Source: Candidatus Poriferihabitaceae bacterium (GTDB lineage: Bacteria; Pseudomonadota; Gammaproteobacteria; Arenicellales; Poriferihabitantaceae). From it: a stretch of 64,000 bases of DNA. Position numbers and translations under genes: made by a program. Below the pieces are notes generated by a model. The model was given only the letters and a program-made list of their open reading frames with translations. It ran no database searches and was not told the origin of the DNA. The stretch's first letter is position 1; every line of letters starts with the position of its first letter. The stretch spans positions 722,718 to 786,717 of the forward strand of contig OZ245025.1 of the NCBI GenBank assembly GCA_965223465.1, given 5' to 3'. This document shows positions 1 to 8,321 of the stretch, piece after piece.

Positions 1-954
1 CGCACCCGTAAGATTGACGTGGTTGTTAGTCAGGATCGCGCGTTGGCAGCAGGGGTCAGTAGTCAAGATGTCGCCGATTCTTTGCGTGATAGTTTGAGTG
101 GTTTACAGGTAGGCGATTTTCGTGAAGGTGAGGAACGAATCCCAATTACCTTGATTACTTCGGGCGCAGACCGAGAAGACTTAAGGCGCCTCAATGATCT
201 GACAATTACTTCGCAATCAGGTGCAAGTGTATCGCTTGCACAGGTGGCAGAAACAAAGATGCAGTGGGTTACCCCAAATATTCAGCGGCGTGATCGAGAA
301 CGTACTGTCACCATTTCAGCAACCCTGTTGCCAGGTTATACCGCCACACAAGTGAATAACAACTTTATGCCGGAGCTCGAAAAGCTAAAAGAAAGCTTTC
401 CACTCGGCACCAAGTTGGAATTTGGTGGGGAATCCGAATCTTCTGATGAAGCCAATCAATCGATCATAGAGCAATTACCATTTGCAGGGATTGTGATTTT
501 GTTGCTACTAGTAGGGCAGTTTAATTCTATCCGGCGAGCAGTATTAGTCATTGTCACTATCCCAATAGGCGCTATTGGGATGGCATGGGGGTTATGGATA
601 GCGAATAGTACGATAGGTTTTTTTACGGTACTAGGGATGATTGCATTGGCTGGTATCATTATCAATAACGCGATTGTTTTGATCGACAGCATCGACACAA
701 AAATTGCTCAAGGAACGCCCGCATGGGATGCAGTTGTGCAAGCTTGCGAATCCCGGATGCGCCCTATTTTACTTACGACAATGACCACCTGCGGTGGAAT
801 GATACCATTGTGGTTGGGCGGCGGCATGTTTGAGACCATGGCCGTAACCATCTTTTTTGGTCTGCTTTTTGGCTCAGTGATTACCTTGGTTTTAGTGCCT
901 GCATTGTACGCTATCTTGTTTAGATTAAGAAAGCCGAGTATCGCACCAGGGTAG
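1..954 (+). CDS. RND (AcrB/HAE1-type) efflux permease, C-terminal ~317 codons; the 5' end lies outside the window
   Basis: Frame 1 is open from nt 1 (RTRKIDVVVSQDRALAAGVS...), so the GTG at 19 in the ORF track is not the true start. A periplasmic loop is followed by hydrophobic helices (GIVILLLLVGQFNSIRR, MIALAGIIINNAIVLID, RPILLTTMTTCGGMIPLW, FGLLFGSVITLVLVPALY) typical of the last TM bundle of RND pumps. Confidence 0.85.
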   Translation, partial: RTRKIDVVVSQDRALAAGVSSQDVADSLRDSLSGLQVGDFREGEERIPITLITSGADREDLRRLNDLTITSQSGASVSLAQVAETKMQWVTPNIQRRDRERTVTISATLLPGYTATQVNNNFMPELEKLKESFPLGTKLEFGGESESSDEANQSIIEQLPFAGIVILLLLVGQFNSIRRAVLVIVTIPIGAIGMAWGLWIANSTIGFFTVLGMIALAGIIINNAIVLIDSIDTKIAQGTPAWDAVVQACESRMRPILLTTMTTCGGMIPLWLGGGMFETMAVTIFFGLLFGSVITLVLVPALYAILFRLRKPSIAPG

Positions 955-1387
955 GGAGTTAGCTGAAACGGTTGGTAGCAAATTACCTTAGATATTCGTA
1001 TTTATTTGACAAATTTTTGACTGAATGACACATCATTTTGTTTTCAGCTAATCGGGTGCCCTTATAGTGATCTTATACGGAATGCATTATTTCAGAAAGA
1101 GTCACTCTTCTCAATTAACCAGAAGCATTTTGACGTGATACCGAACATGTCTGTGGTAACCAGAAAATGAAATTCAATGAAACGATTACTGTTATCGAGA
1201 AATAACTCGCAGAAACACTTAAAGTACGCGCGACTCCTGCAATTTACTTTAAATTGGTGAGAACAGTGCTATTGCGCGTACCAACAGGTATTGATTGCCT
1301 GAATGGACAATTATTACTCAAAATATGCCAGCTTTTTTAGACAAACATGCTACGTGAGCAATTTGGATGATGTTTGGCGTCCTTACA

Positions 1388-2293
1388 TTACATTGCTTGA
1401 GCTTTGACATCACGAGGTGACATGCCTGCTAGCCTTTTGAATTCTCTACTGAATTGTGCCGGACTATTATAACCAACCATATTGGCGGCCTCGCTTACAC
1501 TCTTGCCTTGCATGATGTAATTTTTCGCTCGATTGAGCTTGATTGATTTGGCATATTGCAAAGGAGAAAGATGCATCACTTGTTTGAATTTTGCGTGAAA
1601 ACCCGATGCACTCATATTTGCTACATTCGCCATATCTTCTACCGATAAGGTTTTGTCAAGGTTTTGATAGACGTACTCAACGGCTTTAGAGATTTGTTTT
1701 ATTTGCCCACGTTGGTGGAGTAGGTGGATGAACTTTCCTCCTTGCCAATTACTCAAAAGGCGAAAATAGATTTCATCAATGATCGCTTCACCAAGAATAG
1801 CCGCTTCGCCTGGACTACTCAGAGTTTGCAACAAACGTATTATGGCATCGAGCATATTATCTTCTAATGGTGCCGAAAATATGGCAGAGGGGTTTATTGT
1901 GATAGGATTTGATTCAGCTTGCTCAATGGCTTCCATTTTTAGCATCATTCTGGCAAGCCGGTTTTGATCAAAATAGATTCCCGCTCCTAATAAAGGCTTT
2001 AAGTTGCTCGCTTCTGTGACTTCGCATTCGACAGGCAAGGGGGCAAACAAGGTAAGAAAATTTCCAGGTTCGTAATCGTATCTTTTACCTTCCAGATAGA
2101 CATTCTTCTTACCTTGAGCCGCGAAAACGATGCCTGGATCGTAAATGATAGGGCTTTTCTGGTGCGGTTCTGATCCTCGAAAGGTAAAAAAACCGTCGAT
2201 ACTGGTATCGTGTAAGCCATCTTCAGGTGTAACTTTTTCCAATAGGTCAATGAGTTTTTCCAATTTCGCTTTCTGATTTCCCATTTTCTGCAA
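1388..2293 (-). CDS. AraC-family transcriptional regulator (AraC_N-type N-terminal domain)
   Basis: 301-aa ORF with a C-terminal double HTH (SVEDMANVANMSASGFHAKFKQVMHLSPLQYAKSIKLNRAKNYIMQG...GYNSPAQFSREFKRLAGMSP). It is divergent from the 2482-6414 operon across 188 bp of AT-rich DNA. Confidence 0.85.
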   Translation of the reverse strand: MQKMGNQKAKLEKLIDLLEKVTPEDGLHDTSIDGFFTFRGSEPHQKSPIIYDPGIVFAAQGKKNVYLEGKRYDYEPGNFLTLFAPLPVECEVTEASNLKPLLGAGIYFDQNRLARMMLKMEAIEQAESNPITINPSAIFSAPLEDNMLDAIIRLLQTLSSPGEAAILGEAIIDEIYFRLLSNWQGGKFIHLLHQRGQIKQISKAVEYVYQNLDKTLSVEDMANVANMSASGFHAKFKQVMHLSPLQYAKSIKLNRAKNYIMQGKSVSEAANMVGYNSPAQFSREFKRLAGMSPRDVKAQAM

Positions 2294-2481
2294 TGCTCTC
2301 GATTAATTTTTCCTGATCATAATTCATATTTATTAGAAATACACAAAATTTTAGATAATTATAGTATTGTGCAAGTAATTTACATTTCTATGTATTCAAA
2401 CCAATAATCTCATTCGATATATTTTCAAACAACGAATTATTCACTTTAGTTAAACACGATTAAAAAGCGGATCTATAAATT

Positions 2482-3318
2482 ATGAAAAACACAGTATTGA
2501 TAACAGGCGCATCGTCGGGTTTCGGGAACTTGACCGCAAAGAAATTTCAAAAAGAGGGTTGGAACGTTGTCGCAACTATGCGCTCGCCTGAAAAGGAACG
2601 AGAGCTTAATAATCTAGAAAACGTGCTGCTTATAAAACTGGACGTTACGGATAAGAAAAGTATTGACGATGCGGTTTCAGAGACAATCGAGAAATTAGGA
2701 ACGATTGATGTTTTAGTAAACAACGCAGGATTTGGCGGGATGGGTTATTTGGAGCAAATCCCAATCGAGCAGACTGCGGGGATGTTTGACACAAACGTTT
2801 TCGGTCCGATTAGGGTGAGCCAAGTGGTTTTGCCACATATGCGTGAGCGAAAAAGCGGCACAATCATAAACGTAACTTCTTCAGCGGGTTATTTCGCACT
2901 TCCGATGCATTCAACATACTGTGCTTCGAAATTTGCGATGGAAGGACTAACGCAGGGGATGGCTTTGGAATACAAGCCTTTTGGCATCGCCGTAAAAGCG
3001 GTTGCACCGGGAGGCTACGCGACTAATTTTAACGCTTCGACGGATAAAAATCTCGAGAATGGAGATGAGGAGCTTAGAACCAACGCACATAAAATGGCGG
3101 TTCATTTTGCGGCGACCGCCGAGCAATTGCAGAAGCAAAGCGGTGCGAAAGCGGACCCGCAGGAAGTGGCAGACAAGATTTATGAATGTGCAACGACCGA
3201 TGCACCGATTCACAATATTATTGGACAAGACGCTGAACAACTTGTCGGAATGCTCGATTCGATGCCGCGGCAGGACTTTATAAATCAAATGGAAGAAATG
3301 TTAACACCAAAGGAGTAG
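2482..3318 (+). CDS. Classical short-chain dehydrogenase/reductase (SDR)
   Basis: Carries TGASSGFG, NNAG, a catalytic Ser and YCASK motifs. 278 aa. Paralogous (about 45% identity by eye) to the frameshifted SDR at 29800-30620. Confidence 0.85.
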   Translation: MKNTVLITGASSGFGNLTAKKFQKEGWNVVATMRSPEKERELNNLENVLLIKLDVTDKKSIDDAVSETIEKLGTIDVLVNNAGFGGMGYLEQIPIEQTAGMFDTNVFGPIRVSQVVLPHMRERKSGTIINVTSSAGYFALPMHSTYCASKFAMEGLTQGMALEYKPFGIAVKAVAPGGYATNFNASTDKNLENGDEELRTNAHKMAVHFAATAEQLQKQSGAKADPQEVADKIYECATTDAPIHNIIGQDAEQLVGMLDSMPRQDFINQMEEMLTPKE

Positions 3319-3323
3319 AGAAA

Positions 3324-4199
3324 ATGATAACAAAATTTGTAGCAAATATGGTTACCAAGGATGGCGGCACACCCGTGTTTGATAATCCCAAAGAAGATTT
3401 TAATTTGGATTATGAAGACGTAACTTTTGAAGCTGCTGATGGGGTAAAGCTCTCGGGTTGGCTAGTCAATCCGGGAAAGGACAAAGTGATTATTCAAAGC
3501 CATTTTGGCATACAGGGAAGCCGAAGCGGTTACACGCCTGAAGGAAAGGGACTATTCAAAGCGTGGGATAGAAACATAAGGTTCCTTAAACACGTCAAGG
3601 CACTCGTTGATGCGGGTTATACAGTGTTGATGTATGACTTCCGGAATCATGGAAATAGCGAAGAAGGCACTTGCAAATCGATTACCAGCGGTGTCGAAGA
3701 ATACAAAGACGTAATCGCGGCAGTAAAATACATTACCAACCACGAAGACTACAAAACTGCACCTATCGGGCTATTGAGCATCTGCATGGGATGTAATTCG
3801 ACCACATACGCCTACGGAATCGAGGGCGGTCTGCAGGAATATGAAAATATCAAGGCGATGGTTGGAATCCAGCCGCTTGGGAATAGCGATTTTCTGGATG
3901 GTCTCGGTATTCCTAATTTTTTGATCGAACGGGCAAATAAATACAGTCTCGACCGCGGCGGCAAGGACTTTCATGATAGCTTTACACCAAACGCGAAATT
4001 CATCAACGTTCCAACGCTTTTGGTTCAAAACACTAACGATCCATTCGCAAATATGGATCACGTTCAAGAATACTATGACAATTTGCAGGTCGAGAAGGAA
4101 TACTTCCAACCAGAACTGAAAAAATCGAGATTGGCAGCTTACGCCTATTTTGGTGACGAGCCTGAAAAAATGGTGAACTGGTTTAACAAATACGTTTAA
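3324..4199 (+). CDS. Alpha/beta-fold hydrolase with a putative Cys nucleophile elbow (dienelactone-hydrolase-like)
   Basis: 291-aa ORF starting 5 nt after the previous gene. The elbow-like motif is S-I-C-M-G-C (Cys154, nt 3783-3785) where G-x-S-x-G is expected. HG motif present (FRNHGNSE). Confidence 0.6.
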   Translation: MITKFVANMVTKDGGTPVFDNPKEDFNLDYEDVTFEAADGVKLSGWLVNPGKDKVIIQSHFGIQGSRSGYTPEGKGLFKAWDRNIRFLKHVKALVDAGYTVLMYDFRNHGNSEEGTCKSITSGVEEYKDVIAAVKYITNHEDYKTAPIGLLSICMGCNSTTYAYGIEGGLQEYENIKAMVGIQPLGNSDFLDGLGIPNFLIERANKYSLDRGGKDFHDSFTPNAKFINVPTLLVQNTNDPFANMDHVQEYYDNLQVEKEYFQPELKKSRLAAYAYFGDEPEKMVNWFNKYV

Positions 4200-4205
4200 A
4201 CATAG

Positions 4206-4577
4206 ATGAAGTCACTATTTTCATTAGCGGGCGTAACTATTTTGATCGATGCAATCGTTCATACATATGGCTATTTCGTCCTTGATAACCCGAATCCCGC
4301 GGGAATGCTGGCGGGAGCGATTGTTTATTCGATTTCGGCTGTTCTTGTGCTTTTCGGATACCGAATTGCGGCTTGGGTTGCATCTGTGCTCCTGACTTTG
4401 GGTTTGGTAGGTAGCATTGTGCAATACAGTGAAACAGGTTATCCAAGCTCGTTGATGAACGTAATCATTATATTGAATCTGCTGGCGGTTCTAGCGTTAT
4501 TAGCTGCACTTCTCGTTAAGAGAGCAAAATCAAGCGGCAGAAAAAGAACAATACGGAGGTTAAAAAAGGAACTATGA
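4206..4577 (+). CDS. Small integral membrane protein, unknown family
   Basis: 123 aa with about 4 hydrophobic segments and a Lys/Arg-rich tail (KRAKSSGRKRTIRRLKKEL). Its stop overlaps the next start (ATGA at 4574-4577). Confidence 0.55.
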   Translation: MKSLFSLAGVTILIDAIVHTYGYFVLDNPNPAGMLAGAIVYSISAVLVLFGYRIAAWVASVLLTLGLVGSIVQYSETGYPSSLMNVIIILNLLAVLALLAALLVKRAKSSGRKRTIRRLKKEL

Positions 4578-5329
4578 AAAAATTAAAAAACAAAGTAGCA
4601 ATAATAACGGGTGCAAGCGGTGGCTTGGGAAAAGCGACTGCGATCGCGTTTGCGAAAGCGGGTGCCAACCTTGCTATTTGCGCGAGAAGTTTGGACAAAC
4701 TCCAGGCAGTATCTGAAGAATGCGAAAAGCATGGAGTAGAAACATTAGCGTTGAAATGTGACGTTATGGTCTATGACGATTTGAAGATGCTTGTAGACGA
4801 AACGATAAACAAGTTTGGAAAAATTGACATCGTCATGAACAACGCGATTTCAACCACGCAAGGCGTCCCAATTATGGAACATACCGATGAGATTTGGAAT
4901 AACACGGTAAAAAGTGGATTTGAAGCCGTTTGGCATATGATGCGTATGTGCTATCCGGCCTTAAAGGAAAATGGTGGTGGCAGAATTATTAATATTTCAT
5001 CGGGTGCAGCTTCGGTTGGCGCTCCAGGTTTCGGTGTCTATGCGGGTGTAAAAGCGGGTGTTCACGGTTTGACGATGGTTGCTGCACGAGAATGGGGCCC
5101 TGACAAAATAACCGTAAACAGTTTGGCACCCGTTTTTTACAGTGATTTATCACATAGTTTGTTCGATAAAGTCGGCGAAGAAGGATTGACGGAAATGACT
5201 CCACTCGGCTATATCGGTGACGCTGAAAAAGACATCGCACCCGTCGTTGTTTTCATGGCGTCTGATGATGCTAGATACATCACGGGGCAATTGATCAAGG
5301 TAGATGGTGGAAGCGATATACATTACTAG
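4574..5329 (+). CDS. SDR-family oxidoreductase (FabG-like)
   Basis: Carries TGASGGLGKA, NNAI, SSGAAS and YAGVK motifs; 251 aa. Confidence 0.85.
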   Translation: MKKLKNKVAIITGASGGLGKATAIAFAKAGANLAICARSLDKLQAVSEECEKHGVETLALKCDVMVYDDLKMLVDETINKFGKIDIVMNNAISTTQGVPIMEHTDEIWNNTVKSGFEAVWHMMRMCYPALKENGGGRIINISSGAASVGAPGFGVYAGVKAGVHGLTMVAAREWGPDKITVNSLAPVFYSDLSHSLFDKVGEEGLTEMTPLGYIGDAEKDIAPVVVFMASDDARYITGQLIKVDGGSDIHY

Positions 5330-5353
5330 CGCTAACCAGAAATAGGGTTAAAA

Positions 5354-5755
5354 ATGAGAAAATTAGCACAAATATTTACTTACATTATGTTGCTGTTTGC
5401 TGCGGGGATGTTTGTTTGGGGAGTCTTAGGGTTCCTCGAATATTTCACTGGGCTGGCACCTTTGATGAATCTCCAGAACGTGAATTTCCCAAAAGGGACC
5501 CAATTCATACACTGGCTGTTGATCACTTCATCCGGAGCGACTTTGTTATTTGGTTACCTATTGCGATGGAAACACACACCATTTGTAATGGTGGTTTTGT
5601 TTGCGATGCTCGCAACCATGTGTGCAATACAGACATTCGACTTTATGACTGAGCCGTGGCGATACCGTTCGTTCGTAAATGAAGTAATTATGTATATCGT
5701 GATGTCGGTATTTTTGTTGAAATCGTCATACATAAAGGAACATTTCGGGCGATGA
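5354..5755 (+). CDS. Small integral membrane protein, unknown family
   Basis: 133 aa with four hydrophobic segments. Its stop overlaps the next start (ATGA at 5752-5755). Confidence 0.5.
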   Translation: MRKLAQIFTYIMLLFAAGMFVWGVLGFLEYFTGLAPLMNLQNVNFPKGTQFIHWLLITSSGATLLFGYLLRWKHTPFVMVVLFAMLATMCAIQTFDFMTEPWRYRSFVNEVIMYIVMSVFLLKSSYIKEHFGR

Positions 5756-6414
5756 AAAGCGTCCTTATAACCGGAGCCACGGGAATGATCGGCAGTTTGG
5801 TTTTAGAGAACTGCCTTTCATCTTCTGCGATAAGTGTCGTAACGAGTTTGGTTCGCCGGAAAACTGTTGGGAATCATCCTAAGCTGAACGAGATTACCGT
5901 TGGCGATTTTAAGGATTTTTCACAGCAAAAAGAAATGTTTAAGGGTGTAGATATAGCGTTTTTCTGTATCGGCGTTTACACGGGGCAAGTTCCGGATGAC
6001 GAATTTAGGGAAATAACGATTGACTATGCCGTTGAATTTGCGAAAAGCCTTAAAGACGGTAGTCCAAACGCTACTTTATGTTTTTTAAGCGGTGCTGGCG
6101 CTGATCGAACAGAACAAAGCCGCATGTCTTTCGCAAAATATAAAGGCATCGCCGAAAATCAGATTTCAGTTTTGGGATTGAAGGCGTTTTATACGTTTCG
6201 ACCAGCTTATATTTATCCTGTCGAACCCAGAAAAGAGCCAAGTTTTGGCTACAGAATGATGCGGACTTTTTATCCATTAATAAAGATGATGGGGGAAAAT
6301 GCGAGTATCAAATCGACCGAGCTTGCCGACGCGATGTTTAATGTCGGGTTGAACGGAGCGGACGGAGAAATTTTAGAAAACAACGCAATTATTCGGGCTA
6401 ATCGCCATGGCTAA
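5752..6414 (+). CDS. NAD(P)H-binding Rossmann protein (atypical SDR / NmrA-like)
   Basis: N-terminal ITGATGMIGS glycine-rich motif; 220 aa; last gene of the same-strand block. Confidence 0.7.
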   Translation: MKSVLITGATGMIGSLVLENCLSSSAISVVTSLVRRKTVGNHPKLNEITVGDFKDFSQQKEMFKGVDIAFFCIGVYTGQVPDDEFREITIDYAVEFAKSLKDGSPNATLCFLSGAGADRTEQSRMSFAKYKGIAENQISVLGLKAFYTFRPAYIYPVEPRKEPSFGYRMMRTFYPLIKMMGENASIKSTELADAMFNVGLNGADGEILENNAIIRANRHG

Positions 6415-7159
6415 GAATTATTTATTGAGTTTAAGGCTAATACGTAGCCTCCTTCGCGAGAAAATCTTTACGCACTCTGCGTAAAAAATGAATCTAATCG
6501 CTAAGGCCGCCAAAACAACCACAAAGAACACAAAGCAGAAAACCGACATAAATATGCTTATGTTTTTTGTGGCAAACATTTATCCAATCCATATTTTATA
6601 TTGAACATACTGAGATCTTTCGTGATCCAGTTGGCAGAATTGTCGAAAATGGGAGCGAGAATATTCTGATAAATCCAGTTCACTCAAACAGCTATCATTA
6701 AAGCAGTTGCGAAACTTGCGATCGACAACAGTACAACCAAATTTCCAATGTTGTTCATTTTGCTTCCCTTGGCATTGAAGTGTTTTAACCAGTCGATCAA
6801 ACCATAACTCCAAACTAGAAAAGATAATGTGATTAATGTCACAAAAATGATATGTATTAACTAATTCGATGCCTGTAATTATAGAAAGCGGTTTCAATCA
6901 AATTGTAAGAAGGCGCGTTTTACCATGGTTGCTGTATTTAGAGAAATAGGCGACCTTAATACGCAAAGTGGAGGAGCTCATAAAGGTTGGGCTAATTGTA
7001 CGTCAAACGAATGAATATCTAACAAACTACTTAATTTAGAAAAAAAATAACTAATTGATATTATTATTTTTATAGTATTTTGTTATCACTGAATGACCTG
7101 TAGTAATCAAACACCGCTTGGACACTTGCAGCCCGTGCTAGTTTACTTCTCAGTGATTC

Positions 7160-7240
7160 TTAGGGGGTTTTACCCTGATTGGCACCATGAGGTCGATCAA
7201 AGTTATAAAATTGCTCCGTGCGCAACCAATTCAATCGCTT
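7160..7240 (-). pseudogene. C-terminal remnant of a DDE (rve-type, IS481/IS3-like) transposase
   Basis: The minus strand reads KRLNWLRTEQFYNFDRPHGANQGKTP*, matching the conserved rve C-terminal signature (..YN..RPH.al.GktP). An in-frame TAG lies just upstream and no catalytic core is present. Confidence 0.45.
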
Positions 7241-7284
7241 AAATTTTTGAGACCCAATCTATTATAAAAAATATCATCCGAATG

Positions 7285-7312
7285 CTTGAAAAATCTGTAA
7301 TAGGCCATATCT
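7285..7312 (+). promoter_or_regulatory. Candidate sigma-32 heat-shock promoter of ibpA
   Basis: CTTGAAA (7285-7291) is followed by GGCCATATCT (7303-7312), resembling CTTGAAA-N13/14-CCCCATnT. The spacer is about 2 nt shorter than I remember for the consensus. Confidence 0.3.
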
Positions 7313-7395
7313 GGTTTGTGAAGCGTTGAGTTTTGTGAAATCGACGCTGGTAATTTAAATTGTTTTTTAACCTATTGCTTAGTGGAGGATACGTT

Positions 7396-7857
7396 ATGAA
7401 TCCAATTGATTTTACACCCTTATATCGAAGTAGTATCGGTTTTGATCGCCTTGTTCCCATGCTAGATTCTGCCATGAATACGGCAGTTGATAGCTATCCA
7501 CCTTATGACATCGAAGTTCTTGATGATTCCCATTACGTGATTACTCTGGCGGTGGCAGGTTTTGAACGAAAGGAACTCGATATACAAGTGGAAAATAATA
7601 CATTGATTGTTCGAGGTATTAAGGACAAGCGTGAAGATAAAGAAGGTGAAAAAAATAGCTTTCTACATCGTGGCATTGCAAACCGGTCATTTGAACGTAA
7701 GTTTCAATTAGCTGAGTATGTTGAGGTCACAGAAGCTGATCTCAAAAATGGAATACTGGCCATAGATTTAGTAAAAGAGATTCCGGAAAAGATGAAACCG
7801 AGATCGATTTCAATTAGTGAGCCCAGTGAAGCCATAGAGCACAAAAAAGTCGCCTAA
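7396..7857 (+). CDS. ibpA: Small heat-shock protein IbpA/IbpB family
   Basis: MNPIDFTPLYRSSIGFDRL...YPPYDIEVLDDSHYVITLAVAGFERKELDIQVENNTLIVRG...IANRSFERKFQLAEYVEV closely parallels E. coli IbpA. The ATG at 7396 is preceded by GGAGGA; the TTG at 7360 in the ORF track is rejected. Confidence 0.9.
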   Translation: MNPIDFTPLYRSSIGFDRLVPMLDSAMNTAVDSYPPYDIEVLDDSHYVITLAVAGFERKELDIQVENNTLIVRGIKDKREDKEGEKNSFLHRGIANRSFERKFQLAEYVEVTEADLKNGILAIDLVKEIPEKMKPRSISISEPSEAIEHKKVA

Positions 7858-7876
7858 GCACTTTTTTATTTAATGG

Positions 7877-7904
7877 TCTGGGGAAGGCTTTCATCTTCCC
7901 CAGA
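7877..7904 (+). terminator. Stem-loop after ibpA
   Basis: TCTGGGGAAG (7877-7886), an 8-nt loop, then CTTCCCCAGA (7895-7904): a perfect 10-bp stem with only a weak U-tract. Confidence 0.5.
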
Positions 7905-7946
7905 TCAATTTCAAGATCGTCAGTTTAGTGAATTGGAGGTTTTGTA

Positions 7947-8303
7947 ATGAAAATAGAAAAGTTATATCCATGGAACTGGTTTAAACATGAAAAACCAGGA
8001 TATTCAAAGGAAAGCTTAATTCCGTTTAAAAGGCCAGCAAATACCCAGGATACAGTGGCATCCCGCGTCAAGGAGTATTCAAACCCTGTTCGCACATTAC
8101 ACCATGTAATCAGCCGCATGTTTAACAATACACTTTGCGGTGGTGATTCATCTATAGTGCACTCGATGCAGTTCGAAATAGGTCATGGATGCATTCAACC
8201 AAGGCTGAATTTTCTAATGATTCAAATGGCTATGACATTGCATATTCCACGTCAGGCTGATGATGGTGCCCAGGTAGACAGTATTCATTTGATAAACAAT
8301 TAG
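7947..8303 (+). pseudogene. Truncated and frameshifted Hsp20/alpha-crystallin family gene
   Basis: The N-terminus (LYPWNWFKHE ... NPVRTLHHVISRMFNN) resembles the PWNW...LHrEmnRlFDD class of Hsp20 proteins. At the start of the crystallin domain the sHSP-like reading moves to another frame (SNDSNGYDIA, nt 8213-8242) and back (IPRQADDGAQVDSIHLINN*). The C-terminal roughly 60 aa of the domain are absent. The SD (GGAGG) and ATG are intact. Confidence 0.5.
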
Positions 8304-8321
8304 CGTTGGGAGGTAGTAAAG

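Noticed and set aside
2482-6414. A claim that this operon is compositionally foreign (NCG/ATA/AGA codon bias).
   Set aside because: My by-eye comparison with ppc showed overlapping codon preferences (GCG is common in both). I cannot compute GC or codon statistics here, so I keep this only as a hint inside a finding, not as a supported feature.
6580-6897. A 105-aa minus-strand ORF in the AT-rich scar.
   Set aside because: It has no SD, no recognisable family, a Cys/His/Phe-rich odd composition, and lies in a region that otherwise looks like decayed DNA. The evidence is insufficient to call a gene.
7320-7395. A ROSE-like RNA thermometer in the ibpA leader (a UUGCU word at 7376-7380 just upstream of the GGAGGA Shine-Dalgarno).
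   Set aside because: I could not draw a convincing hairpin pairing the SD with the UUGCU segment; only a 3-bp CCU/AGG pairing is possible. It would need proper folding or a covariance search.
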